From NCBI GenBank assembly GCA_951406725.2, contig OX597814.1, positions 218,054,001 through 218,118,000 of the forward strand: a DNA stretch of 64,000 nucleotides. Reading direction: 5' to 3'. The position numbers and the translations under genes were made by a program. Every line of letters starts with the position of its first letter. The first letter of the stretch is position 1. The notes beneath the pieces were generated by a model. It was not told the DNA's origin, did not search any database, and saw only the letters and a list, made by a program, of their open reading frames with translations. Positions 15,261 to 28,991 of this stretch are shown here, piece after piece. The stretch is from Octopus vulgaris. Its lineage: Eukaryota.

Positions 15261-16012
15261 ATGAGTGACGATGCATCTTTTTTTCACACATCGCGAAGGT
15301 GGCGACAATGTGCAGACGACTCACTGGCTGGATCCTGAGGACATTCCGGACAAGAGACTGCGAGACCATGTTGACACTATGGAGGACATTTGTCCTAAGC
15401 CGCCTGGACTACTGCTCCCAACTGTGGTCACCGCATAGTGTCAAACTAACCACAGAGCTTGAGACAATCCAAAGACATTTCACCAAGAGGATTTCCACCA
15501 TGAAAGAAAAGAACTATTGGGAGAGGCTTAGGGAACTCAATTTGTACTCCTTGGAACGAAGACGAGAGAGATATGCAGTGATATACATATGGAAAATCCT
15601 GGAGGGACTAGCACCAAATTTTGGAATTGAGAGCTGTTCCAATCCCCGTACAGGACGTCACTGTGTGGTGCCAAAGGTCCCGTCTTCCACATCCAGGGTA
15701 AGGAGCAGATACTGTAATAGCCTGGGGTTCAGGGGCCCTCAGCTTTTCAACAAACTGCCAAGAAAACTAAGAGATCTACATGATGCGGATGTGGACATTT
15801 TCAAAAAACATCTAGACAAGCTGCTTTCCGGGATCCCAGATGAACCCACTGCAAGGTACGAAGGTAACCTAAGGGCAGCAGCTACAAACTCTCTCTTAGA
15901 TCAGTGGCCAGCCACGGCAAACTGGACTTAGAGAGGATAGCAACAAGGGCGGTGCCCCAGCATGGCCTCAGCCGGATGGCTGAAACAAGTAAAAGAGTAA
16001 AAGAGTAAAAGA
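15261..16012 (+). mobile_element. 5'-truncated CR1/L2-group LINE (RT C-terminus and 3' tail)
   Basis: ORF 15299-15931 has VLSRLDYCSQLWSP, LETIQRHFTKRI and YWERLRELNLYSLERRRER motifs typical of CR1-group ORF2. Ends with a stem-loop and (GTAAAAGA)n tail. Confidence 0.9.
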
Positions 16013-16057
16013 GTATATATATATATACATACTTACATACATATATATATATATATA

Positions 16058-16305
16058 CTAGCAGAGATACGTGGCGTTGCTTGGGATTAAAACGTTATAG
16101 TTTTTATTGCTTTACTTGTTTCGGTCATGTGACTGTGGCCATATAGGTGCACTGCCTTTCGTCGAAGAAATCGACCCCAGGATTTATTCTTTTTAAGCCT
16201 AGTACTTATTGTATCGGTTTGTTTTGCCAAACGGCTAAGTTACAGGGTCGTAAACACAGCAACATTGGTTGTCAAATGATGATGGGGGTACAAACACAGA
16301 CACTC
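16058..16305 (-). mobile_element. Helitron 3' end fused to a SINE family A 3' half
   Basis: Minus strand: family A tail, then cccaagcaacgccacgtatctctgCTAG|t. Same chimera at 39207. Confidence 0.7.
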
Positions 16306-16425
16306 ACATACATACACACACACATATACACACACATATATATATATACATACATATGCATATATATACATATATATACATACATGTATATATAGATATA
16401 GATATATATACATGCGTATATATAC

Positions 16426-16479
<54 letters not shown>

Positions 16480-16537
16480 TACATATATATATATATATAC
16501 ATACATGTATATATAGATATAGATATATATACATGCG

Positions 16538-16613
<76 letters not shown>

Positions 16614-17248
16614 TAAATATATATATACATACATATATATACATATATATATACATGTATATATATCTATGCATGTTTATATATACATGTGTGTATATAT
16701 ATATACACGTATTTATTATTATTATTTAATTGAATGCCAAGCATCCGTACCCTTCCGCAAAAAAATCTCAAATTTGCTTTTGCGGGAAGGATTGTTTCAA
16801 GAAGTTGTGTCTCGCCTTTACCTTCGAAACACGGAGTAGATGAAACTGAGGCGGCTGAAGAAGGGGAATATTCCTTGTGTTGTATGTCTTGTATTCTATT
16901 TTTTCGTTGTTTAAGAAAATTGTCCATTTCCTTAGTTTTATTTTTATGTTTTCGTTTCTCATTGTGTTCGACGTTTTTTGGTGTCCTGTACCCATATATG
17001 CATGTATATATACATATAGATGTAGGTACGTAAATATATGTATGTATATATGCATGTTTTATTTATTATTTTGTTATATATATCAATATATATATATACA
17101 TGCTTATATTATACACATATATAATGTATATATATACATATATATATGCACAATATATATATATCTGTATACATACAGACATATATATATATGTATATAT
17201 ACACACACACATATATATATATGTATAAATACATATATATATACATAA

Positions 17249-17299
<51 letters not shown>

Positions 17300-17335
17300 C
17301 ACATATACACATATATATGTACACATACACACACG

Positions 17336-17403
<68 letters not shown>

Positions 17404-17419
17404 AATCTGTAAAATTTAT

Positions 17420-18330
17420 TTTACATTACAGAAAATGTTCATATTCTGTAATGCCAAATTTAGGAGCCATAATAGCCGCAATAAATAGGAGAAAAATTAA
17501 TCGTGTTACCGATAAACATAATACTCTAGCTAATAATAATACCTTGTGCACAGGATTGGATGGAAACAGAAGTAAACGTGTGGCTAAGGATAACAACAAT
17601 AACAATAACAATAAAAATATAATTTTGAAAACAACTACCAAACCTAAGTCTAATCAAATTATTAATAATGACGACAAAAATAAAAGCATCAATAGGAATA
17701 ATAATAATAATAATAATAATAATATTGATACGAATAAGAAAAAGAAAAAAATTAAGACCCAGACTAGCATAACATCCAATAAACTATGTAATTGTAGGGT
17801 CCTAGACACCTGTCCACTTGCAGGCTCATGTCGCCGCTATAACGTTGTCTATAAATCCGTGATTTCTGTATCTAATGGCCAGAAGAAGGTATATATTGGA
17901 TGCACAACTGACTTCAGATGGAGATAGAGAGGCCATATGAATTCTTTTGCAAACCCTAAATGCAAGACATCCACCACCTTAGCGTCCTTTGTGAATAAAC
18001 TTAGAAATAAAAATTTAATCTATGAACTATCATGGTTCATAAGTGCCAGCGCTCTCCCATTTGGAAATGCATCAGATAGATGTAAATTGTATATTAGGGA
18101 ATCGTATCTAAGTCTGAAATTATTTAATGCTAATATGCTGAACAAACTTTCAGATGTGATTCCTTCATGTACCCGTAAGTTCTATTCTACATTTCTAAGG
18201 ACACATAAAACTAGACCTGCTAACTAAATCTATTAAGACTTATCTTATTAATACGTGACCGTCTTAGCCCTGAATCTTAGATCCTTCCATTCTAGCCAGT
18301 ATATTAGCACTTACATATGAACTGAGTAAA
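17420..18330 (+). mobile_element. Penelope-like element remnant: GIY-YIG endonuclease region
   Basis: CNCR..CPLAGSC..VVYK..VYIGCT..FRWR*..H..SF..STTLA..W..CKL..E spans ORFs 17451-17927 and 17937-18227 (stop between them), the PLE zinc knuckle plus GIY-YIG layout. Confidence 0.85.
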
Positions 18331-18341
18331 CTTATATATAC

Positions 18342-18391
<50 letters not shown>

Positions 18392-18541
18392 TCAGCAAAA
18401 ATTTAGATTCAAATGAATATGGTATTCAATTTAGATGCCCCAGAATTCTGTAATTGTGTTATCCATAAAAATCCGTGGGGTGATTATAATCAAAATAAGC
18501 AACAAGAATGACTCCTGAGTCATTCTTGTTGCTTATTTTGA

Positions 18542-18703
<162 letters not shown>

Positions 18704-18768
18704 GGTCCCGGGTTGAGTCGGGGTTAACCACAGTAAATAAGGTACTCAATACATAGCAGAGTAAATTA

Positions 18769-18991
<223 letters not shown>

Positions 18992-19282
18992 TCTATTTAA
19001 CATTTCTAAAAACATATAGAATTAGATCCGTTAACTAAATTTATGAAAACTTATCTCATTAATATTTGAAAATTTGACTAGGAACTTTGAATCCTTCCAT
19101 TCTTGCCAGTAAACTATCATTTGCATATGAGCTTTGAAAATCTATAAAAAAAAGTTCTTTAATCTATCAAATTATACCATGTAGGATTTCATCACGAAGG
19201 AAACGCCATTTATATATTTATTATACCCCTGAAACGGCCATAAATGATATCCTTTACCCGAATTCACCCGAATCTGTATATA

Positions 19283-19698
19283 CTCTTTTACTCTTTTATT
19301 TGTTTCAGTCATTTGACTGCGGCCATGCTGGAGCACCGCCTTTAGTCGAGCAAATCGACCCCGGGAATTATTCTTTTTGTAAGCCCAGTACTTATTCTAT
19401 CGGTCTCTTTTTGCCGAACCGCTAAGTGATGGGGATGTAAACACACCAGCATCGGTTGTCAAGCAATGCTAGGGGGACAAACACAGACACACAAACACAT
19501 ACACATACATATATATATATATATATACATATATACGACAGGCTTCTTTCAGTTTCCGTCTACCAAATCCACTCACAAGGCATTGGTCGGCCCGAGGCTA
19601 TAGCAGAAGACACTTGTCCAAGATGCCATGCAGTGGGACTGAACCCGGAACCATGTGGTTGGTTCGCAAGCTACTTACCACACAGCCACTCCTGCGCC
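19283..19698 (-). mobile_element. Full-length SINE family A
   Basis: tRNA-like head (A box TGGCTGTGTGG, B-box-like GGTTCAGTCCC), internal (TA)/(TG)n, 3' stem-loop and (GTAAAAGA)n tail. Confidence 0.92.
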
Positions 19699-20105
19699 TA
19701 TAAAATATACCTATTTTATCTACCTATTTATCTACCCCTGCATTAAAAAATGTTTTAACTCTCATCCGACATTTCGTATAAACACCAAATTATTAATTGA
19801 TGATTCAAATAGTTCCTTTTCGAAGCCCTTACTTCGAATTTTTTTCTCTTTATTTGTCACTCCTCAATTCGGTACCTGAACCTAAAGTACATGATGCATA
19901 GTTTTCACATATGACATGTAATTTGGTTCACTGATTTATAATTTTATATGTATATTTATTTGGTTGTATGTTTAAAATTATGCTGGGAATTTCTATTTGA
20001 TTGCTTGGATTTGTTCCTTCTAAAATTTCCCTTATGCGTATACATCAATACATATACATCTATACACATGCATCTATATATATATATATATATATATACA
20101 TATAT

Positions 20106-20208
<103 letters not shown>

Positions 20209-20294
20209 TATTAGAGACAAAACCACTATTTTGCAAAACAAACAAGGAAAGACTTAATCAATACATAAAATTTTAATAAATAGTCAAAAAACCG

Positions 20295-20337
20295 CCACTA
20301 CAATCGTTTCTTGTCTTGATCGACAATCTTCAGGTGG
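20295..20337 (-). ncRNA. Complete minimal type I hammerhead ribozyme motif
   Basis: Minus strand: CCAC-CTGAAGA-TTGTC gatcaa GACAA-GAAAC gatt GTA-GTGG. Stem I CCAC/GTGG, stem II 5 bp, short stem III, GUA cleavage triplet. Confidence 0.8.
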
Positions 20338-20398
20338 ACTTCAATAAGTCAGTTTCAAATTATAAATATATATATATATGTATGTATATATGTATATA

Positions 20399-20570
<172 letters not shown>

Positions 20571-20597
20571 CATACATATATATATATATATATATAT

Positions 20598-20703
20598 TTC
20601 TGTGCCGGTGGCACATAAAAGGCACCATCCGAACGTGACCGATGCCAACCCCGCCTCGAATGGGTTCTGTGCCGGTAGCACATAAAAAGCAACATCCGAA
20701 CGT
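20598..20703 (+). mobile_element. Partial copy of the RTE 3'-UTR tandem units seen at 14783-14890
   Basis: Near-identical sequence with the same junction to (TA)n. Confidence 0.75.
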
Positions 20704-20738
20704 TATATCAAATTATATATATATATATACATATGTAC

Positions 20739-20805
<67 letters not shown>

Positions 20806-20811
<6 letters not shown>

Positions 20812-21615
20812 GGGGAAGCAAAATTTACAATGAACGCTAAGTTGTTTTTTCTCAGGAGACACTTAGTCAATTATTTTGAAACCTAGCATATATTGATGTC
20901 ATACTCATACCTAACATTATTATCCTTACCTTTTCAGAAACTTTTACCCATATGAGTAATCAGGAAAGCAAATGTCAAAGAGTGTGTGATTTGCTGAATG
21001 CACTCGTCACACCAAAGGAGATTTCAAGGATAGTTGGAGAGTCCATAAAGACTGTTTATAATGTAATGAATAGAATGACTATGAGCAAAACTATTACGAG
21101 GAAGTCTGGAAGTTGAGGAATCAACAAAAAACATACCAAAGCTTTTATTAAAGATTTCAAATCCAAAATCCTAAAGGATCCAACCAAATCCATGTGAAAA
21201 ATGGCAATTGAACTTGAGGTAGACAACACAACCATTAGAAATGCAGTAAAATAATGATTTGAGGTTAAAATCTTACACAAGAACACCAAAACACTTGTTG
21301 ACAACAGCTATGAAGGAAAAAAGATTGGAGAGGTGCAAGAAAATTATTACATGGTTCAAGAAAAAGTCCTCCATTGTAACGATCTTTTCAGATCTTTACT
21401 GCCAATGCTGTTCTGAACAGTAGAAATAACATTCAAAGGGGACATTCAAAACAAAAGATCCTGCTCAAGTTATGGCATTTGGTGTTGTGGCTTTCAATGG
21501 AAAGAAAATGCCTATAAAATTCTACAAAGCTGATGAAAAGATCAATGTTAATACTTACTACAAGACTCTGAGATAACAGGTATTGCCATGGCTTAAAGCA
21601 AACTACCCAGATGCT
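20806..21615 (+). pseudogene. Tc1/mariner-superfamily (maT/DD37D-like) transposase remnant with left TIR
   Basis: From ~20952: MSNQESKCQRVCDLL..EISRIVG..KTVYNV (HTH), then IFSD and PAQVMAFGVVAFNGKK..KINVNTY..VLPWLKANYPD, with stops and frameshifts. Truncated before the last catalytic residues. Confidence 0.75.
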
Positions 21616-23074
21616 TAAGGTTTATTATAGATTTAAAGATAAAGAATGCTAGAATAGAGGGAAGCTTAGAAACTCAGGACTCTCCTAAGAAGCTGGAACG
21701 TAGACGGCTTTTAGTCTGAAGGTATGACCTTCCCTACTGACCACATCTCGTACCTCCAACCTATTTTCTGAATCAAAGAAAATGGTGGTGTATCACCCTT
21801 CTGAAATAATAAAGCTATTTCACCTTGCAGTCCCGGTCGACTTGTAGATGTGTACTCCTTGTAGTCGCTGAAAATGGCAAAGACACTCAAGTGGTTTTTA
21901 CTACCATGTATATAACAACCAGGTCTTTTGTCTTCCACCATTAGTCTCTTGCACCTTCAGCTGAGCACAGCTGTGAATATTTTTAGAGATATCTGGACTT
22001 GCAAATACATCCCACCTCTCTTCTTCACATCGATATGTGATATAAAGATAACGTCTAGTTGTCACCGAGGTTCTAAGCTGTGTAACTGGGTAACAAGTGT
22101 ATAGGCAGAGATTGTGCTTCGGTTGAGGCTACGGTCGTGAAAATACCGCAGATAGTCCTATAAGATGTACCCCTATCAATTGAGAGAAATTTGCCGAAAT
22201 ATCTTGGAATGATTCTTCCAGTTGCTTGTCTGGAGGGCAAGTAGAAACCACTGCCACCTTTCTCAAAGCACAGATATATTATTTTCTCTTCGTCCTCTCT
22301 TAGACTAGATCCTGAAGCAAAAACATATTATTTGGTTTTACATAATTCTCCAAGTGAATTTATTTTCTGTGGGCTTTGCCATTTCTATAAATTCAGTCTC
22401 TGTAACGACAGGGGCAACTCTAGCTCCTTTAATTCTGCTACTATCTGTATTACCTTTTCTCACTAATGCATTCGTCTGCATGTGAGTCTTGTTATTGCTA
22501 TCGTTCAAAATATTTGCTAAACTTATAAAAACAATTTTTTTCTATCAATTATTCAAATTTTCTTTTTGCGGTAAGCATTTTTATGGGGGTGTAATTTGTT
22601 TTAGTTTGTTTTGTGCACTGTTGTATTATTTTCATTTTTACGAGGGGTATATTGCATTTACTGTGTAGATATTTCGAACGTCATTCGCTAAAGCAAATAA
22701 AATATGAAGTCTGTGAATATAAAATCTTTTTTTTTCTGTTTGTAGCAGATGTCCTCGGTACTTTTGGTTATCTCACCCCCATTAAAAAATTGCCATTAAA
22801 AAATTAGGTTATCTCCCCACTAAAAAAACCAAGTTAATGTGGCAACGAGATTGGATCCTTTCGATTCAAAACTTCAACACATTGTTGACGTTTGGCCCCC
22901 TCAATAGGCAGGGTATGATTTTTGATATGAGAATGTTATTAGATTCAATAAGATGTTTAATTTTCATTGCCAACACGAACAAGCGTAGAGACATTTTGGG
23001 ACTGTTCTAAAACATTATTTTTCCATTATTGGACTTGTTTGATTTTATTGATGTACAAATATTCTAATTAAGGA

Positions 23075-23457
23075 GGAAGCACTCTGTCGGTTACAACGAC
23101 GAGGGTTCCGGTTGATCCGAATCAATGGAACAGCCTGCTCGTGAAATTAACGTGTAAGTGGCTGAGCACTCCACAGACACGTGTACCCTTAACGTAGTTC
23201 TCGGGGGATACTCAGTGTGACACAGAGAGTGACAAGGCTGGCCCCTTGAAATACAGGTATAACAGAAACAGGAAGAAAGAGTGAGAGAAAGTTGTGGTGA
23301 AAGAGTACAGCAGGGATCACCACCATTCCCTGCCGGAGCTTTGTGGAGCTTTAGGTGTTTTCGCTCAATAAACACTCACAACGCCCGGTCTGGGAATTGA
23401 AACCGTGATCCTACGACCGCGAGTCCGCTGCCCTAACCACTGGGCCATTGCGCCTCC
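23075..23457 (-). mobile_element. Full-length SINE family B (tRNA-derived)
   Basis: Head GGAGGCGCAATGGCCCAGTGG, B-box-like GGTTTC(G/A)ATTCC, tail ...taaccgac(g/a)gagtgcttcc. Confidence 0.92.
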
Positions 23458-23917
23458 ACGGACATATTCTAATACTGATACTATCAATGATGTTCACTCC
23501 TGTCGATTTCGAACGATGAGTGTTTGAAGGAAAGGATTTTTTTTAAATGTTTAAAAATAAAAGGAGCTGCGTATATTTGCTATGGATGCGTGAATGTAAT
23601 TTTAGCTCAGGTATGGATTTTGCTATGAAGTCACAATGGAGACACTGGTGATTTTGATTTTGCCTGGGATTGTGCTTATTGATTGCAAGATGTAATTAAA
23701 ATTCCTTTATTGTTCTCTTTCTTCAACTCAAATTATTTGGAGGCATCATGACCCATTTTACACCATACAAATCCATCTACGTAATAACTTTCTCAAGATG
23801 TCAAACTGAGCTGTAGAGATTTTAGTGATTGCTTCAACTTATCCTTATGACGGGTCTTCCTTTACTGTGGTATCCCTCTACTTGTTGGCATATTATTATT
23901 GTTATTATTATTATTAT

Positions 23918-24198
23918 TCTGCCAGCCTCGTCTGGCACCTGTGTCGGTGGCACATAAAAAACACCATCCGAGCCAAGCCGTCTGCCAGCCTCGTCTGGCA
24001 CCTGTGTCGGTGGCACATAAAAAGCACCCACTACACTCACAGAGTGGTTGGCGTTAGGAAGGGCATCCAGCTGTAGAAACACTGCCAGATCTGACTGGCC
24101 TGGTGCAGCCTTCGGGCTCGCCAGACCCCAGTTGAACCGTCCAACCCATGCTAGCATGGAAAGCGGACGTTAAACGATGATGATGATGATGATGATGA
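23918..24198 (+). mobile_element. RTE-type 3' end, 5'-truncated
   Basis: Two tandem ~62-bp units, ggttggcgttaggaagggcatccagc and a (GAT)n tail. Confidence 0.8.
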
Positions 24199-24805
24199 TT
24201 ACTAATGTGTTTGTTTTGATATTGTAAAATGCCAACCTTGTTTGTGAAAAAATGTTTTGGCCTGGGTTTGGACTCTCTAAGTATATTTTGTTCCCGCTTA
24301 TCGCTTTTATTATTGATTATTCTTGTTTAGCGCCAAGTTGGCTCTGACAAAATAGACATGAGATCAAAAGCTTCCAGCCATGACCAGTTCATCTCATTTT
24401 CGCACCATATTTTCATTCAGGACTATAGTACTCAATATATTCATCCAGGACTCTAATATTCTTTTTGAAGTTGATAAAAATGTTGGGGTGGGGTGGAATT
24501 TGGTTGCTATCTCTAGCAGAGCAAGTGACTACTGAGAGGCTTCTTCGTAGGTTTGAGATTATTTTTTGTTATTGCTTGTGTTATTTATTGATTGATTATT
24601 TGATATGGATGACTGATTTATCGATTAATTGATGAATGGATTGATGATTATCCAAATTTACTGAAGAACACAAACATTTTAAATCTGTAAATGGAAAAAT
24701 AGGGAGTGGAAAAGATAAGCGACTGAAATAATATATATTCCTGTTAGATCAATGTGATGTATGAGAAACAAGAATTCTGCCCCACCTTACCTACCAGGTC
24801 AAAGT

Positions 24806-25187
24806 GGAGGTGCAATGGCCCAGTGGTTAGGGCAGCGGACTCACAGTCATAGGATCGCGGTTTCGATTCCTAGACCGGGCGTTGTGAGCGTTTATTGAGC
24901 GAAAACACCTAAAATTCCACGAGGCCCCCGGCGAGGATGGTGGTGATCCCTGCTGTACTCTTTCACCACAACTTTCTCTCACTCTTTCTTCCTGTTTCTG
25001 TTGTACCTGTATTTCAAAGGGCCAGCCTTGTCACTCTCTGTGTCACGCTGAATATCCCCAAGTACTACGTTAAGGGCACACGTGTCTGCGGAGTGCTCAG
25101 CCACTTACACGTTAATTTCACGAGCAGGCTGTTCCATTGATTCGGATCAACCGGAACCCTCGTCGTCGTAACCGACGGAGTGCTTCC
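24806..25187 (+). mobile_element. Full-length SINE family B
   Basis: Family B head and tail; aggtcaaag repeated on both flanks. Confidence 0.92.
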
Positions 25188-25350
25188 ACTAGGTCAAAGC
25201 AGCATTGCAGGATAATTTAGTTGTATTATGTGTGTCTACGACATGTCAATCTAATAGGGCCCATCCCTTTTACATTTTAATCATTCATTTGGGATTCAAC
25301 ACTACAAACTAACGGAACATTTACCAATGATTATTTTATAAAATTCTAAA

Positions 25351-25924
25351 GGCCGCGAGATGGCAGTATCGTTAGCACGCTGAGCAAAATGCTTAGCGGC
25401 ATTCCTTCCATCTTTACGTTCTGAGTTCAAATGTCATCGAGGTCGACTTTGCTTTTCACCCTTTGGGGTTCGATAAAATAAGTACCAGTTGAGCACTCAA
25501 GTCGATTTAATAGACCTATCCTCTATCCCGAAATTGATAGCCTTGTGGCAAAAACTGAAATCATTGTTATATAAGATTCTTGACGAACTGGCAGAAGGGT
25601 CAGCACGCCAGGCGAAACGCTTATCTCAACATTCTGAGTTAAAAATTTCGCCAAAGGATGCTTTTCATCCTTTCGAGAATATATTGGGTACTATAGTCCT
25701 GGATGAAAATATGGTGTGAAAATGAGATGAACTAGTCATGGCTGGAAGTTTTTGATCTCATGTCTACTTTGTCAGAGTCAACTTGGCGCTAAACAAGCAC
25801 CGGGGTCGATGCAACCGACTAGCCACTTCCCCAGAATTTCAGGCCTTGTGCTAATAGTAGAAAGAATTATATAAGATTCTCATTGCTCCCAGCATTATTT
25901 CATGGAGGTAAACAAACACCGAGA

Positions 25925-25984
<60 letters not shown>

Positions 25985-26193
25985 CGTTTCTACTATAGGC
26001 ACAAGGCCTGAAATTTTGGAGGAAGGGACTAGATTACATCGACACCAATGTTTCACTGGGACTCAATTTATCGACCCCGAAAGGGTGAAAAGCAAAGTCG
26101 ATCTCGGCAAAATTTGAACTCAGAACGTAAAAACAGGAGTAATGCCACTAAGCATTTTGCCCAACGTGCTAACGGTTCTACCACCTCGCCGCC
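25351..26193. mobile_element. Cluster of SINE family C copies (+ 25351-25565, + fragments 25594-25870, - 25985-26193)
   Basis: Repeated gttctgagttcaaat..gaggtcgactttgc..ttcaccc..gtcgataaa..agtaccag core. Confidence 0.75.
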
Positions 26194-26268
26194 TTACCAC
26201 TACTACTACTACTACTACTAATAATAATAATAATAATGATAATAGTAATGATAATAATAATAATCATA

Positions 26269-27286
26269 TCTATAAAAGGGAGGATGTGTGTGCATGCATG
26301 TGTGTGTGTGTGAGTACGTGATTGTAATTTATGCACATCCACAAATTAGCACGCATGTCGCTCAAATTTTAGGAGGACATTCGTCAACATCATATCTGGG
26401 TTTTGTCAACTTATTTTTTTCCTCGAGGCACCCGCGTATATCGGGGTGGGTGGGGGGAATCTATTTTCAGACATAGCTTTTAGCCATAAAAAATATCAGT
26501 CATTACTTTTTTGATGGCATCTAACAAAGAAAAAATAAGATAAAGAAAAGTGGAAGAAGGAGGCAGAGAGTTTCACGGGAAAGACAAAGTGAGAGAGGGA
26601 GAGAGAGAGAGAGAGAGAGAGTAAGTGACTACGTTCATAAAAAATATAATGTAAAATGTTTTGTTTTTTGTTTTTGAAAGACACTATATTTTATAATCAT
26701 AGTATAATCATAAATGGCGGTGCCCCGGCATGGCCACAGCTCGTGAGCTGAAACTAGAATCAATCAATCAATCATATATACTTTCTCACACAACAATTAC
26801 AATATATTTATTCTAAATCATTTATTTATTTTAAATCGTTCATCTTCCCCCCCTTCTCTCTCTCACACATTACTTTGGGTGCGAAAGAGTTTTGTTTTTA
26901 TTTTACGCCGAATAAATAAGTGTTTTGTTGACAATCCATTTATTTAACAACAAAGAAACTAAGAGGTGAGTAATAATTTGTCAGTGAATTACACAATATA
27001 AATGGGTACAATTTGCGAGGCTTCAACCACACCCCACTCCGTTTCATGGACCACAAAAAGGGTTTTGAGGCCAGAGTAGTTGATTCCACACAAAAAAGCC
27101 GATTTTTTTTCTTAGTGAAAATCGTCCTAGTGTTAATCTACAAATTTAACAACATTTTTTTCCATTCATTTCTGTTTATGAACATGTATGCGTGCACAAA
27201 ACATGCAATAGGTGTACGTACGTGTGTGTATGTGTGTTCGTGTCTGTTGCCCATATATATTTATATTATATTTTATATATATATAC

Positions 27287-27330
<44 letters not shown>

Positions 27331-27468
27331 TATATATATGATATAACTAATTTCAATGGATTTCGCCCAAATTTGACGTCTATATTACTTAGTTTGGTTT
27401 GAAATAAAGAACTTGATTAGGTTAATAATCGTAACTTAATCCCGGGCAAGGCCGGGTTATACTGCTAG
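26269..27468 (+). mobile_element. Non-autonomous Helitron (~1.2 kb)
   Basis: 5' a|TCTATAAAAGGG and 3' cccgggcaaggccgggttatactgCTAG|t, inside a (TAA)n tract, no TSD. Confidence 0.7.
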
Positions 27469-27480
27469 TAATAATAATAA

Positions 27481-27883
27481 GCCTTTCTACTGGAAGCACA
27501 AGGCTTCAAATTTTGGGGGAAGGGATTAAGTTGATTTCATCGATCCCGGTGCGTTATTGGTACTTATTTAATTGACCCCGAAAGGATGAAAGGTAAATTT
27601 GAACTCAGAACGCAGCGACGGGCGAAATACTGCTATGCATTTCGTCCAGCGTGCTAACGACTCTTATTTTTTTCTACTCTAGGAAAAAGGCCCTTTTTTT
27701 TTTTTTTTTGAGGGGGCAGTCGATTAGATCGACCCCAGTACGCCATCTGGTACTTAATTTATCGACCCCGAAAGGATGAAAGGCAAAGTCGACCTCGGCG
27801 GAATTTGAACTCAGAACATAAAGACACGAAATACCGCTAAACATTTTGCCCGGCGTGCTAATGATTCTGCCATCTCGCCACCT
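27481..27883 (-). mobile_element. Two SINE family C copies
   Basis: cgaccccgaaaggatgaaaggcaaagtcgacctcggcggaatttgaactcagaac on the plus strand. Confidence 0.85.
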
Positions 27884-28612
27884 TAATAACCTCCTAATAT
27901 GATAATGAGCGTAGTGTTTTTATATATTTGTATGTATATATATTTGTCCAAAATCACGCAGAGTAGTATAAGTGAAGGGAGAGGAGAGAAAATAGTAATT
28001 CAGTGAAGGAGAAGTAGTGAGAGTAATAGCCCTAAGAGGGAGTGAGAGAAAGTAATAGCAATGAGAGAGAGAAAGTGGCAAAGAGTGCGTCTTAAAGTCG
28101 CCGAAAATAAGTGTGTTGGTCACGCCGATGTCTGTTACGTCCAAACCTAGTAATCTGAAGTCATTGAGCAGGTGACCATGTGTCCAGGGTGACCCTATGC
28201 CACATGCATTTATATACTTCACTCTCATGCTGGTGAAAAAGAAGGCGGAGAAATGGAAATGAGTTACTTAAACATTTGGGTGTCCCAGAGACAAAGTGAC
28301 TCGGTCTCCAGGAACTTTTGAGATTCCATTGCGCTGGGACTTCCCACTTTATTGGGGGAAATAATTCCCCCCCCCCTCTTATTTTGTATGTTTCAAATAC
28401 ATCCTTGTTATTTTCAAATTTTGAGATTCTTAGAAATTGCAGGACCTGAAGACATTTTCCGTTGTGTCGATATTTTCTTTTTGTACGATAAAAGTCATCA
28501 GCTTTTTATTCATGCTCTTTATCAGCCCGAAGTTTGGGGTGGCTGTATTTTCTAGACGCTATGTTTGTGTGCCAGTCTGCTAGTGCTACTCCAGCGTGTA
28601 TTTTCTTTTGGT

Positions 28613-28991
28613 GGAGGCGCAATGGCCCAGTGGTTAGGGCAGCGGACTCGCGGTCGTAGGATCGCGGTTTCGATTCCCAGACCGGGCATTGTGAGTGTTT
28701 ATTGAGCGAAAACACCTAAAAGCTCCACGAGGCTCTGGCAGGGGATGGTGGTGAACCCTGCTGTACTCTTTCACCACAACTTTCTCTCACTCTTACTTCC
28801 TGTTTCTGTTGTATCTGTATTTCAAGGGGCCGGCCTTGTCACTCTCTGTGTCACGCTGAATATCCCCGAGAACTGCGTTAAGGGTACACGTGTCTGTGGA
28901 GTGCTCAGCCACTTACACGTTAATTCCACGAGCAAGCTGTTCCGTTGATCGTATCAGCTGGGACCCTCATCGTCGTAACCGACGGAGTGCT
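28613..28991 (+). mobile_element. Full-length SINE family B
   Basis: Family B; flanking duplication attttcttttggt. Confidence 0.92.

Noticed and set aside
16820-16880. GAAAC...GTA...CTGAAGAAGGGG as a type II hammerhead (related segment at ~39470-39510)
   Set aside because: Stem I cannot form and stem II is weak. Probably a PLE-related repeat, but no ribozyme fold can be supported.
28613-28690. tRNA-like sequence
   Set aside because: It is the head of multi-copy SINE family B, not a tRNA gene.
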